DNA of 64,000 nt from Bacteroides sp. UBA7333 (GTDB lineage: Bacteria; Bacteroidota; Bacteroidia; Bacteroidales; Bacteroidaceae), in the NCBI GenBank assembly GCA_002471195.1, contig DKPN01000067.1, forward strand, positions 46,126 to 110,125, given 5' to 3'. Positions 41,328-50,820 of the stretch are shown piece by piece. The translations under genes were made by a program, and so were the position numbers. Under the pieces are notes generated by a model. The model was not told where the DNA came from, ran no database searches, and saw only the letters and a program-made list of their open reading frames with translations. Position 1 is the first letter of the stretch; the number at the start of each line of letters is the position of its first letter.

Positions 41328-42218
41328 TCACTGATTCTGATCTTTTTTTTCAGACTCATCTTGTTGTGACGAAACTTCTTTACGAGTATCTTCTACCTCT
41401 TTCTTGGCCTCTTCGGCTACTTTTTTAGCTTCATCAGCTTCTTGTTTAGCCTCTTCTATTTTCTGATTCTGTTGTGGCTTTTCATTCTCATCATCGCTTC
41501 CATCGCCATTTCCTTTGTTGTAATATAAACTTTTTTTCTTGTTTGCATTTTGAACCAAATCGGTTACGTATACAGTAAATATCGGAAACATCATCATCCC
41601 CAACGCTGCCAATAATACTGATAAAACTCTACCGGTAATTGTCATAGCCGTAATGTTTGAACCTACAGTGGTAACATCCATACATGCCCACCACAAAGCA
41701 TCACCATAGTCATTGACTAATGGATTGATCTGATGTTCCAATACATAGAAGGTTAGGCTAGAGAAATATATAGTGGCAAAAAGCATGGTAGTATAAGATA
41801 CAAACAAACTGGATGCTTTATTATAAGTGAGCCAACCCACTACAATCGCAAGTGCATATCCTCCTCTCACCAATGGAATGAATCTTATTAAATACATTGT
41901 TTCTGTCGAAAATGTCCATCCATAATGATTAATGATGCTCAAATAGGGTATTGATATAACAAGAAATATAAAGTGCGATCGAATGTAAATCCATTTTCGT
42001 TGAGCCATAAATAACTCTACGAAAAATACAAATATAAACCATATACAAATCCATAATTGAATTTGCATGAAGGATGATTCTTTATAAAATTGTGTATTCT
42101 TATATGTATCAATCGATAGACTGACAATTAAAAATAAGGAAAGAAATAAGACAGAAAGATGTAGTATAAGATAGATACCTTTCTTTCCCCATAAACTTTT
42201 TATAGCATCAATAAGCAT
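41328..42218 (-). CDS. Potassium-channel-family membrane protein with an atypical filter and a charged C-terminal tail
   Basis: Multiple TM segments, pore helix DALWWACMDVTTVGS, TITGRVLSVLLAALG. Confidence 0.82.
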   Translation of the reverse strand: MLIDAIKSLWGKKGIYLILHLSVLFLSLFLIVSLSIDTYKNTQFYKESSFMQIQLWICIWFIFVFFVELFMAQRKWIYIRSHFIFLVISIPYLSIINHYGWTFSTETMYLIRFIPLVRGGYALAIVVGWLTYNKASSLFVSYTTMLFATIYFSSLTFYVLEHQINPLVNDYGDALWWACMDVTTVGSNITAMTITGRVLSVLLAALGMMMFPIFTVYVTDLVQNANKKKSLYYNKGNGDGSDDENEKPQQNQKIEEAKQEADEAKKVAEEAKKEVEDTRKEVSSQQDESEKKDQNQ

Positions 42219-42385
42219 ATTGGGTTTCGATTAAAATTATTTTTATTGTTTTTTTAAAAACAACCATGAATACGATTTGGTTTAAATACTCTGATAATAA
42301 GACATCTGTTGTTTGAGAATAAACTTTTTGTGGAAAGAATTCAAACTTTTTTGTTGTTTTGTATTGCAGATATGCAAAAAAGCAC

Positions 42386-42393
42386 TATATTTG
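42386..42393 (+). promoter_or_regulatory. -7 promoter element for tRNA-Phe
   Basis: TATATTTG 22 nt upstream of the tRNA; ATTG 19 nt further upstream. Confidence 0.7.
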
Positions 42394-42415
42394 CACACGT
42401 AAAAAACATAGTGAT

Positions 42416-42488
42416 GGTACCATAGCTCAGTTGGTAGAGCAAAGGACTGAAAATCCTTGTGTCCCCGGTTCGATTCCTGGTGGTACCA
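42416..42488 (+). tRNA. tRNA-Phe(GAA), CCA not encoded
   Basis: Acceptor GGTACCA/TGGTACC, D arm GCTCAGTTGGTAGAGC, anticodon loop CTGAAAA, T loop GTTCGATTC. Confidence 0.98.
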
Positions 42489-42597
42489 CACCTTTTAGGT
42501 GTTCAGATGTTGAGTTTAACATGAGTTGTTAAGCTCTTTTTTTTTCACTGTACTTTCCTTTATACTATTAAATAGCAAATCCACTAAAATATTCGAT

Positions 42598-42783
42598 ATG
42601 AAACTTGAAGATGTTATCGTTGAAGGTTTGGTCTTCAAAGGCAAAAAAGAAGGACCTAGACAAGATGAGAATAAGGTGAAGACAAAGGCTAAGAAAACAA
42701 CTTATATTCGAGGCCAACATGGATCGGGAGCTGCAAAAATGAAAGCCGAAATCCGTCGTAAACGTGCAAATCGCCATAAATAA
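42598..42783 (+). CDS. Small basic hypothetical protein (61 aa)
   Basis: MKLEDVIVEGLVFKGKKEGPRQDENKVKTKAKKTTYIRGQHGSGAAKMKAEIRRKRANRHK; A-rich start context; followed by a terminator. Confidence 0.75.
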   Translation: MKLEDVIVEGLVFKGKKEGPRQDENKVKTKAKKTTYIRGQHGSGAAKMKAEIRRKRANRHK

Positions 42784-42784
42784 T

Positions 42785-42825
42785 AAAAAAGAAGGGCTTA
42801 CCGGCAAGGTAAGCCCTTCTTTTTT
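42785..42825. terminator. Bidirectional intrinsic terminator
   Basis: AAAAAAGAAGGGCTTACC-ggcaa-GGTAAGCCCTTCTTTTTT. Confidence 0.92.
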
Positions 42826-43201
42826 ATTTCATAGGAAGTATTTCAATCCAATAATCATCTGGGTCGTTAATAAAATAGAGTCCCATTTCTGTATTTTCGA
42901 AACATACGCATCCCATCTCTTTGTGGAATTGGCGTACCTGATCATAATCTTCAGCTACTCTAATGCATAAATGGCTTTCGTTTTCACCCAGTTCATATGC
43001 TTCAGTATGATCTCTCAACCAAGTCAGCTCTAATAAAAAACTACTGCTGGTATCGGATAAGTAAACCAATGTGAACGATCCATCGGCAGCTTCTTTTTTG
43101 TGATGTACCGTAAAGCCTAATGCTTTTTCGTAGAAAGCAATACTTTTATCTAAATTGGTAACATTGATATTAAAATGGTCGAATTTTCCTGTAATCTTCA
43201 T
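42824..43201 (-). CDS. VOC family protein, probable lactoylglutathione lyase (glyoxalase I)
   Basis: DHFNINV.NLDKSIAFY..ALG, LELTW, FINDPDDYWIEI. Confidence 0.88.
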   Translation of the reverse strand: MKITGKFDHFNINVTNLDKSIAFYEKALGFTVHHKKEAADGSFTLVYLSDTSSSFLLELTWLRDHTEAYELGENESHLCIRVAEDYDQVRQFHKEMGCVCFENTEMGLYFINDPDDYWIEILPMK

Positions 43202-43223
43202 TGTGTATCTATTTTATTATAAT

Positions 43224-44279
43224 TTATTCGCTTATCCAAGCTTTAACAATTTTTCCAACAAATGTTCGTGGTTGTCCTTCATATACCGGAGGCGTGGGCA
43301 TTTTTTTGCACTCTAATACCACCGATGGTTCTTTCGAATCGGTCGGAATAAATCTCACCGTGTAGTTTTCAGCACTTTCTACCGCTTCAAAGGGTTGGTC
43401 GGGCGATAGAATGGTAAATATAACCGGTTGACTATCTACTGTGCCTATTGATCCGCCAGCATTAGCTGTTATTGTTGTCATGTTGTATATATCCTCACCG
43501 ATGCTTATCACCAACCTGCCTTTGCCTATTTGGATAGCCGATTTAGGTATGCTCAAAGGTGCTACCTCTTTTAATTCGGTTTGCTTTGCAGTGGTAGGTG
43601 TAGTAATTGTTGAGTTTGATTGAACCGCTTGTTCACTTTGCTTCAAAGGTGTTATAGTTTCCATTTGCACAGCTTTGCGAATCGTTTTACCCGATTCGGA
43701 AGTTGCCCCTATACTTGTTCCGGCTTCCTTGAATAAGCTATTTACAAAATCTACGGTTTTTACTCTCCATTTTTCAAGACCTAAAACCATTTTTGTTTTA
43801 GCTTTATTTAGAGCCATTTTGTCTACAATCCATTCATCGGCCGAATATTTTTCTTTTTCTCTATAGGTGTATCTTATTTTTTCAACCTCCATTTTGCATG
43901 AATCGTTTTCACACAATATGCTTATTTGATAGTTGATCAAAGTTCGGTCAAGCGCTAGAGCCGATGATTTAAAGACGAGCCACTCTTCACCTATACCGGC
44001 AATTTGTCCCAATTCTGCATTTTGATAAACTACTCTGCTGTTTTGATTTTCGTTTTCTGCCAAACGCTTTTCAAGCCAGTTTAGCATTGAATGATATAGT
44101 TCATCTTTGGTTGCCCCAGGTACATTGAATACTTGAGAAAAAACGACTTTACCATCTATTTCCGGAACTGCTCCAACGAGATATTTCGTTTTATCTAGTT
44201 GCCCATTTTTCTGTGCCGAAGCATCGAAATTATATATCTGCAATGCTATTAGTGCTAGGCAAACAATTGATTTCTTCAT
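43224..44279 (-). CDS. Secreted hypothetical protein (DUF4468-like, Bacteroidetes)
   Basis: Signal peptide; KYLVGAVPEIDGKVVF N-terminal motif; family recalled, not searched. Confidence 0.65.
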   Translation of the reverse strand: MKKSIVCLALIALQIYNFDASAQKNGQLDKTKYLVGAVPEIDGKVVFSQVFNVPGATKDELYHSMLNWLEKRLAENENQNSRVVYQNAELGQIAGIGEEWLVFKSSALALDRTLINYQISILCENDSCKMEVEKIRYTYREKEKYSADEWIVDKMALNKAKTKMVLGLEKWRVKTVDFVNSLFKEAGTSIGATSESGKTIRKAVQMETITPLKQSEQAVQSNSTITTPTTAKQTELKEVAPLSIPKSAIQIGKGRLVISIGEDIYNMTTITANAGGSIGTVDSQPVIFTILSPDQPFEAVESAENYTVRFIPTDSKEPSVVLECKKMPTPPVYEGQPRTFVGKIVKAWISE

Positions 44280-44291
44280 GTTTTATAATAT

Positions 44292-45023
44292 TTATTTGTT
44301 GATTTCGAATATTTCTCCTCTATGTTGGATCTCTAAAAAACGACATCCGTTTTTTTCTGCTATGGCTTCAAAGTCGTTTGCAGCCTTATAAGTAGAGTCG
44401 AAATGCATAGGTACAAATATACTTGTTTTTATTTTTTCAACGAATTGTTGTGCACCTTTATAATAGTTCTTTCCCATGCGGTTATCTACCGGAAACATGG
44501 CAATATCAACCTGTTTTGTATACTTATAAATGTTTTCTAGTTCATTCAAAAATTCTAGGTTGGCTTTTTCTATTTCTTCGAGGGTTGACTCTTCGCTCCA
44601 ATGCCAGTTATTTAAATCGCCGGCATGAAATATTCGGCAATTTGCAATATCTATCATAAACGAAATTCCAATATCAGTCGATCCGCATGCATGTATCTTA
44701 ATAGTGCTATCTTTATATTCCTCGCCTTTATTTAAAAAAATAGCATCATTGGCTTTTGCCTTATGATTGTCTCGGATGTCAGAAGAGAATATATACACGA
44801 TATCTTCATGTAGCTTTTTCCATTCCAATATTTCGGGATTAAAATGATCGGGATGCGAGTGAGTGGATAATACGTATAGTTTTCCGGATTTCTTTAAAAG
44901 ATAGTCATGTACAATGCCGTGGTTGTATGCTGTATCAGACGAGTCTTTAAAATAATCAATAATGATAGTGGTATTCTCCAATTCTATGGCAAAGCCACTG
45001 TGGTATATATAATCTAACTTCAT
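44292..45023 (-). CDS. MBL-fold metallo-hydrolase
   Basis: YIYHSGF, THSHPDH, FHAGD, PMHF. Confidence 0.9.
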   Translation of the reverse strand: MKLDYIYHSGFAIELENTTIIIDYFKDSSDTAYNHGIVHDYLLKKSGKLYVLSTHSHPDHFNPEILEWKKLHEDIVYIFSSDIRDNHKAKANDAIFLNKGEEYKDSTIKIHACGSTDIGISFMIDIANCRIFHAGDLNNWHWSEESTLEEIEKANLEFLNELENIYKYTKQVDIAMFPVDNRMGKNYYKGAQQFVEKIKTSIFVPMHFDSTYKAANDFEAIAEKNGCRFLEIQHRGEIFEINK

Positions 45024-45109
45024 AATACTGTATTAATGAAGGCAATATTACTCATAATTTCACTCAAAACAAAATAAATAGATGATATACATTTTGTTAT
45101 AAAACAGAA

Positions 45110-45133
45110 ATCCCGAAACGGAAGTCTCGGGAT
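45110..45133 (-). terminator. Probable ldhA terminator hairpin
   Basis: ATCCCGA/TCGGGAT stem followed on the - strand by TTCTGTTTT. Confidence 0.55.
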
Positions 45134-45167
45134 ATATCGCAAAGGTAAATAATTTTTTATTAGGTTT

Positions 45168-46178
45168 TTAATAATGTTTTTGCACCTCATTGGTCAACGT
45201 TTTGCTTTCAATAAAGCTACGCACATTCGACAATGTTGTTTCGGCAATATTGTCTAAAGCTTCTTTGGTAAAATAAGCCTGATGTGAAGTTACAATTACA
45301 TTATTGAATGAAATTAAGCGAGCTAATGTATCATCGGTAATGATTTTATCAGATTGATCTTCATAAAATAATGTTCCTTCCTCCTCATATACATCTAGTC
45401 CTGCCGAACCTATTTTCTTTGATTTGAGTCCTTCTATCAATGCCGTTGTATGAATTAATTGTCCTCTGCCCGTATTAATTATCATTACACCGTCTTTCAT
45501 TTTGCCGATCGACTCCTCGTTTATCATATATTTATTTTCGTTGGTCAGCGGACAGTGTAAGGTGATAATATCGGATGTCTTGTATAGCTCATCTAACGTG
45601 GTGTACGTCATTGGGTAATTTTTTGCAAACTCATTATCAGGATATAAATCATAAGCAATGATTTTCATGCCAAAACCTGTTAGTATTTGGATTAATATTT
45701 TTGCAATCTTTCCAGTGCCAATCACGCCTACTGTTTTACCATGCATATCAAAACCTAATAAGCCATGTAGCGAAAAATTGCCATCTCGAGTACGCCATAC
45801 TGCTCTTGGTATCTTTCGATTGAGCGATAACATTAATGCCACGGTGTATTCTGCTGTTGCATAAGGCGAATATGCTGGTACATTAACCACTTTAATGTTA
45901 TTGGCAGCACAAGCTTCTAAATCTACATTATTATATCCTGCACATCTTAGTGCAATCACTTTCACGCCGTTTGCAGCCATTGTTTTGATGATATCTTTGT
46001 CGGCTATATCATTTACGAAGATGCAAACAATTTCTATTCCTTTCGTTAAGGCTACATTATTTTTATTTAAATGGCCTTTAAAGAAAACAAGTTCATATCC
46101 AAAATGACTGTTCTTTTCATTAAATGTTGATTCATCATATGATTTTGAACCGAAAAATGCAATTTTATGAGCTTCCAT
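45168..46178 (-). CDS. ldhA: D-lactate dehydrogenase / D-2-hydroxyacid dehydrogenase
   Basis: RCAGYNNVD, VPAYSP, GTGKIA, LHCPLT, INTGRG, LDVYEEE, TSHQA. Confidence 0.88.
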   Translation of the reverse strand: MEAHKIAFFGSKSYDESTFNEKNSHFGYELVFFKGHLNKNNVALTKGIEIVCIFVNDIADKDIIKTMAANGVKVIALRCAGYNNVDLEACAANNIKVVNVPAYSPYATAEYTVALMLSLNRKIPRAVWRTRDGNFSLHGLLGFDMHGKTVGVIGTGKIAKILIQILTGFGMKIIAYDLYPDNEFAKNYPMTYTTLDELYKTSDIITLHCPLTNENKYMINEESIGKMKDGVMIINTGRGQLIHTTALIEGLKSKKIGSAGLDVYEEEGTLFYEDQSDKIITDDTLARLISFNNVIVTSHQAYFTKEALDNIAETTLSNVRSFIESKTLTNEVQKHY

Positions 46179-46320
46179 ATAGAATGTTTTACGTTTCCAT
46201 TTAAACGAATTTTGCTAAGTATTGTTTGTCATTTACCTTGTTTATTTATTCCAATTAACATGATATGTTTTAAATGAAACTAATAAAACTCTATTAGTTT
46301 GAGTGAATTTCTAGAAATAA

Positions 46321-46363
46321 TTGCACATAAATACTATTGTTGTGCAAATAAGTTGTACCTTTG
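46321..46363 (+). promoter_or_regulatory. FadL-like gene promoter with an inverted repeat
   Basis: TTGCACA-N13-TGTGCAA (46321-46347) upstream of the -7 element TACCTTTG (46356-46363). Confidence 0.55.
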
Positions 46364-46393
46364 CGCCCGAATTAATTTAAAATGATATTCAAA

Positions 46394-47737
46394 ATGAAAA
46401 AAATTACTCTGATAGCTATCCTTTGCATGATAGTTGTAATTCCAACCTTTGCGGGTGGCTATTTAACAAATACCAATCAAAACATTGCATTTCTTCGTAT
46501 GGTAGCACGTGGTGCTTCTACTGAGATCGATGCGGTCTATTCTAATCCAGCTGGTCTTGGATTTATGGCTAATGAAGGTTTTCATATTTCGTTGAATGGT
46601 CAAAGTGCATATCAAACTCGCGAGATCACAGCCGACTTTTTGACTTATACCACAGAAGGTGGTAAACCTGCTACTACACCTTTTAACCGTCATTTTAAAG
46701 GTACTGCTTCAGCACCTTTTATACCAAGTGTACAAGCTGCTTATAAAATGGGTAAGTGGGCCTTTTCTGGTAGTTTTGCTGTAACAGGCGGTGGTGGAAA
46801 AGCCTCTTTTGATCAAGGCTTGCCTATGTTTTATGCTTTGACGATGGCAGGTATATACAGTCAGTCTAAAGGTTTGATTAAACCAGGAATGTATGATGTA
46901 AAAAGTGCTATGGACGGAACGCAATATATATTCGGTCTACAGTTGGGTGCAACTTACCGTGTGTTAGATTGGTTGTCGGTATTTGCGGGTGGACGCATGA
47001 ACTATGTTAGTGCCGGTTATAAAGGATACGTAAAAGCTACCCTTGATCCTAAGTTTGATGCAATGGCTCAATTATTGCCAAATGGTTCTACATTAGTTGA
47101 TATGGCTTTGGATGTTGATCAAAGTGGTTGGGGAGTAACCCCTATTATCGGTTTCGATGCTAAATTCGGTAATTTTAATTTTGCTACGAAATATGAGTTT
47201 CAAACACACTTGAACATTGAAAATAAAACAAAAGAAAATACAACCGGTATGCCGGCTTACGACCATGGTGTAAATACACCGAATGATATTCCTGCATTCC
47301 TTTCAATTGCTGCGAATTATAAATTCTTACCTAATTTGAATGCTTCTGTTGAATATCATCATTTTTTCGATAAGAATGCAGGTATGGCAGATGACAAACA
47401 AAAAACGCTTAAGCACGGTACACACGAATACTTAGCGGGTATTGAGTGGGATGTTATTAAATTGTTGACATTGAGCGGTGGTTTCCAATACACAGATTAT
47501 GGTTTATCAGATGCATTCCAAGGCGATACAAGTTTTTCTTGTGATTCTTACTCATTAGGTTTTGGTGCTAAGTTTAATGTTAATTCAAAATTGGGTATTA
47601 ACGTAGCTTATTTCTGGACTAATTATAAAGACTATACTAAAAACGAAGCTAGTTATAGCGGAACAGGTTTGCCGGGAACAAATGTTTATTCACGTACGAA
47701 TAAAGTATTTGGTGTAGGCGTTGATTACCGTTTCTAA
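46394..47737 (+). CDS. FadL/OmpP1-family outer membrane beta-barrel transporter
   Basis: Signal peptide, NPAGL hatch motif, C-terminal GVGVDYRF beta-signal. Confidence 0.85.
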   Translation: MKKITLIAILCMIVVIPTFAGGYLTNTNQNIAFLRMVARGASTEIDAVYSNPAGLGFMANEGFHISLNGQSAYQTREITADFLTYTTEGGKPATTPFNRHFKGTASAPFIPSVQAAYKMGKWAFSGSFAVTGGGGKASFDQGLPMFYALTMAGIYSQSKGLIKPGMYDVKSAMDGTQYIFGLQLGATYRVLDWLSVFAGGRMNYVSAGYKGYVKATLDPKFDAMAQLLPNGSTLVDMALDVDQSGWGVTPIIGFDAKFGNFNFATKYEFQTHLNIENKTKENTTGMPAYDHGVNTPNDIPAFLSIAANYKFLPNLNASVEYHHFFDKNAGMADDKQKTLKHGTHEYLAGIEWDVIKLLTLSGGFQYTDYGLSDAFQGDTSFSCDSYSLGFGAKFNVNSKLGINVAYFWTNYKDYTKNEASYSGTGLPGTNVYSRTNKVFGVGVDYRF

Positions 47738-47760
47738 TATAAAATTTATACCCTATAAAA

Positions 47761-47800
47761 ACTCCGGCTATCTCATCATTGATTGATGGATAGCCGGAGT
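47761..47800. terminator. Terminator between convergent outer membrane genes
   Basis: ACTCCGGCTATC...GATAGCCGGAGT stem. Confidence 0.85.
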
Positions 47801-47828
47801 CGTTTTATATAGAGATAAGGTAATATGC

Positions 47829-49154
47829 TTAGAATGAATATTGTGCCATTACGTTAATACGATTTGCATGTCGAGTCGAATTATCAAGGAATCCTGTACG
47901 CCATCCTCTTAAGTATTCAGCACCAAATTGTATGTTAGGAGTAAAGTTCCAGAATATATTTGCAACCAGATATTGGCTATAACGGAAGAAATCAGAATTA
48001 TTTACAGGCCATCCATTTTGTGAATATAAGCGAGTTGCACTATATGTACTGCTCATAAATACTTTAGGAGAAATGTTATATTGTAAGCCAGCATACCAAC
48101 CCATCATTGGGAGCGTTTGCATTTTACTAGTGTTTTCTGGATTAGGCACTAAGTCAACACTTTGATTAGCAAGTGCATTAAACATTTCACTAATACCTTT
48201 GCCATAATTCGCTTGTCCCATGAATTGTAGTTTTGGTGTAATTGCTAACGTTGTAGATAATTGTACACCCCAACCTATTTGTGATTTCGCTGAAATATCT
48301 CCATGGCTATTATAGCTATCATAAGTCATACTGCGAATCACCCCAGCAGCTCTAACTTGGCTATTTGTTCCCCAACTATATTCGGCATCTAATACAAAAT
48401 TAGGCATACGTTGTGCACTCGATTTTACAGCATTCATTTGTTGGGTAAATGAAGGATATGTAGCATTTACTGTTGGAGCTTCCACTGCAATACCGAAATT
48501 CCAATTTTTTAGTTTTGTATAGTTATATGCAAATTGGGTAGCATAATAGAACATTGCTCCACTAGGTCCGGCATAATCAATAGTCGTAGGTATAGCAGCT
48601 AAATCCATAAAGTTACCATAGCTATATCCAAAAGTAAAACCACAGAACTGTGCATAGGCATTAATCAATTGAAATGTATTATTATCACCTCTAAAATTAC
48701 CAGATGTATACACGATGAAGTCTCCTAGTCGTTTGGTTCTGCCTACCATTTTTAAGAATATAGTCGAAGTGGTAATATCCATCTGAAATTGATTTTTAAC
48801 ACCTGTAATTCCTTTTTCGGGTATAAATGATGGGAAAAAGTCGATGTTTTTCACTATCCCTCCAAAATCATACTCGGCAACAGCCTGCACTGTTGCACCG
48901 ATACCTAAAGCAAATTTACCTTTTCTATCGGTAAGTAGAAAGCGAGGTGCTCCCGGTTCTCTGAAATACGGAGGTCTAGTATCATGCATGATTTTCACTA
49001 TATCGTCTCCTGCTTTATCTCTCGATACAAAAACAACCGCATTCGGCTCTTCGTCTTCTATTACAACCTTACTTTGGGCATTTGATACAATTGGAAAAAG
49101 CCCAAAACTAAGTAGCATTGCTACAGATTTAAGTACTGTTCTCATAATAACCAT
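47829..49154 (-). CDS. Outer membrane porin (DcaP-like)
   Basis: Signal peptide, amphipathic beta strands, P.TIDYAGP, GAEYLRGWR, terminal QYSF. Confidence 0.7.
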   Translation of the reverse strand: MVIMRTVLKSVAMLLSFGLFPIVSNAQSKVVIEDEEPNAVVFVSRDKAGDDIVKIMHDTRPPYFREPGAPRFLLTDRKGKFALGIGATVQAVAEYDFGGIVKNIDFFPSFIPEKGITGVKNQFQMDITTSTIFLKMVGRTKRLGDFIVYTSGNFRGDNNTFQLINAYAQFCGFTFGYSYGNFMDLAAIPTTIDYAGPSGAMFYYATQFAYNYTKLKNWNFGIAVEAPTVNATYPSFTQQMNAVKSSAQRMPNFVLDAEYSWGTNSQVRAAGVIRSMTYDSYNSHGDISAKSQIGWGVQLSTTLAITPKLQFMGQANYGKGISEMFNALANQSVDLVPNPENTSKMQTLPMMGWYAGLQYNISPKVFMSSTYSATRLYSQNGWPVNNSDFFRYSQYLVANIFWNFTPNIQFGAEYLRGWRTGFLDNSTRHANRINVMAQYSF

Positions 49155-49285
49155 TTTTTAATATATGAATGATAATTCAACAATAAAAATCTAAAATGGT
49201 TGTGTAAAGTGCTCTATTTTATTTAATAAAGTTGTAATCTGTTTAATATGTATGAATTTTCGACCATATATAGGGGATAATACAT

Positions 49286-49293
49286 TAAATTTG
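49286..49293 (+). promoter_or_regulatory. -7 promoter element for yhhQ-queC
   Basis: TAAATTTG matches TAnnTTTG. Confidence 0.65.
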
Positions 49294-49340
49294 CACCATC
49301 AATTTTAACAATAATAACATGTGATGCCGTGAATAGCGGT

Positions 49341-49373
49341 CGTGTATTCTAGAACACCACGTAAAAAACAGGA
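49341..49373 (+). ncRNA. preQ1-I-like riboswitch aptamer
   Basis: CGTG-TATTCTAGAACAC-CACG-TAAAAAACAGGA: short P1, a UUCUAG...ACAC loop and an A-rich tail, directly before the start codon of a queuosine precursor transporter-queC operon. Confidence 0.72.
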
Positions 49374-49375
49374 TT

Positions 49376-50059
49376 ATGAAAGAAAAAGTTTCTGTACCCT
49401 TCATGCTGCTTGGCATACTCTTTAATGTATGTTTAATTGCAGCCAACCTTCTCGAAACCAAACTTATTCAAGTAGGCAGTATTACTATTACAGCCGGTTT
49501 GTTAGTGTTTCCAGTCTCTTACATTATTAACGACTGCATTGCAGAAGTGTGGGGATTCAAAAAAGCTCGTCTTATTATTTGGAGTGGCTTCGCTATGAAT
49601 TTCTTCGTAGTAGCACTCGGTTTAACGGCAGTTGCCATTCCGGCTGCACCCTTTTGGGAAGGCGGCGATCATTTCAATTTTGTTTTTGGAATGGCTCCAC
49701 GAATCGTTTGTGCTAGTTTATTGGCCTTTTTGGCAGGTTCATTTCTCAATGCTTATGTTATGAGTAAGATGAAAATTGCTTCGAAAGGCAAAAACTTCTC
49801 TGCCCGTGCTGTGCTCTCTACTGTCGTAGGAGAAACTGCCGATTCCATTATCTTTTTCCCAATAGCATTTGCCGGAATTGTTCCGGTGCGCGAACTATTG
49901 ATGTTGATGGGTGTACAAATTCTATTAAAAACATTGTACGAAATTATTATTCTTCCCGTCACCATCAAAGTGGTGGGCTATATTAAAAGAGTAGAGAATA
50001 TCGATGTATATGATGAGAATATATCGTACAATATTTTAAAAGTAAAAGATATAGCGTAA
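49376..50059 (+). CDS. yhhQ: Queuosine precursor transporter (YhhQ/VUT family)
   Basis: [37 protein letters not shown]; adjacent to queC. Confidence 0.9.
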   Translation: MKEKVSVPFMLLGILFNVCLIAANLLETKLIQVGSITITAGLLVFPVSYIINDCIAEVWGFKKARLIIWSGFAMNFFVVALGLTAVAIPAAPFWEGGDHFNFVFGMAPRIVCASLLAFLAGSFLNAYVMSKMKIASKGKNFSARAVLSTVVGETADSIIFFPIAFAGIVPVRELLMLMGVQILLKTLYEIIILPVTIKVVGYIKRVENIDVYDENISYNILKVKDIA

Positions 50060-50736
50060 TGAATAACGAAAAAGCGTTAATCGTTTTTAGTGGTGGACAA
50101 GATTCTACCACTTGCTTATTTTGGGCCAAACGTCAATTTAAGGAGGTTGTGGCTTTGAGCTTCATTTATGGCCAAAAACATCAACAAGAGGTAGAATTAG
50201 CACGCCAAATAGCTTCGGATGCCAATGTTGAATTTCATGTGATGGATGTATCGTTTATCGCCTCTTTAGGAAGAAACTCTTTGACAGATACAACTATGGT
50301 GATGGATGCAGAAAAACCCGATTCTCGTTTGCCCAATACTTTTGTGCCCGGTCGTAATCTCTTTTTTCTGAGCATAGCAGCTGTATTTGCTCGCGAAAAT
50401 GATATCAATCATTTAGTGACCGGTGTTTCACAAACCGATTTTAGCGGATATCCCGACTGTAGAGATGAATTTATCAAATCGCTCAATGTAACTTTGAATT
50501 TAGCGATGGAGCATCCGTTTGTGATTCATACTCCATTAATGTGGATTGATAAAGCACAGACTTGGGCTTTGGCCGATCAATTAGGAGTGCTTGATATCAT
50601 TAGAAATCAAACACTAACCTGCTATAATGGTATGATAGGTGATGGGTGTGGACATTGTCCGGCATGCAAACTGCGCAACGATGGGTTACAGCGTTATTTT
50701 TCGCTTGTCGATAAAGATGATGCATATAAAAAATAA
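50059..50736 (+). CDS. queC: 7-cyano-7-deazaguanine synthase
   Basis: [33 protein letters not shown]...CGHCPAC. Confidence 0.97.
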   Translation: MNNEKALIVFSGGQDSTTCLFWAKRQFKEVVALSFIYGQKHQQEVELARQIASDANVEFHVMDVSFIASLGRNSLTDTTMVMDAEKPDSRLPNTFVPGRNLFFLSIAAVFARENDINHLVTGVSQTDFSGYPDCRDEFIKSLNVTLNLAMEHPFVIHTPLMWIDKAQTWALADQLGVLDIIRNQTLTCYNGMIGDGCGHCPACKLRNDGLQRYFSLVDKDDAYKK

Positions 50737-50762
50737 GTTAGCAGTAAAATGAATCCTATAAA

Positions 50763-50799
50763 AAAAGGAGCGTACTCATCTGTAGGGTATGCTCCTTTT
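50763..50799. terminator. Bidirectional terminator after queC
   Basis: AAAAGGAGCGTAC...GTATGCTCCTTTT. Confidence 0.8.
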
Positions 50800-50820
50800 G
50801 GTAATAAATCAATCTTACAT

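Noticed and set aside
42282-42491. 69-aa minus-strand ORF
   Set aside because: It is the antisense reading of tRNA-Phe and its promoter.
42416-42600. tRNA-Phe as the integration site of a genomic island
   Set aside because: No integrase, no duplicated tRNA 3' end noticed, and the downstream genes are ordinary chromosomal genes.
50059-50736. queC as part of a 7-deazaguanine DNA-modification or QatC-type defence system
   Set aside because: It is a canonical short QueC next to yhhQ and a preQ1-like riboswitch, with no dpd or qat genes.
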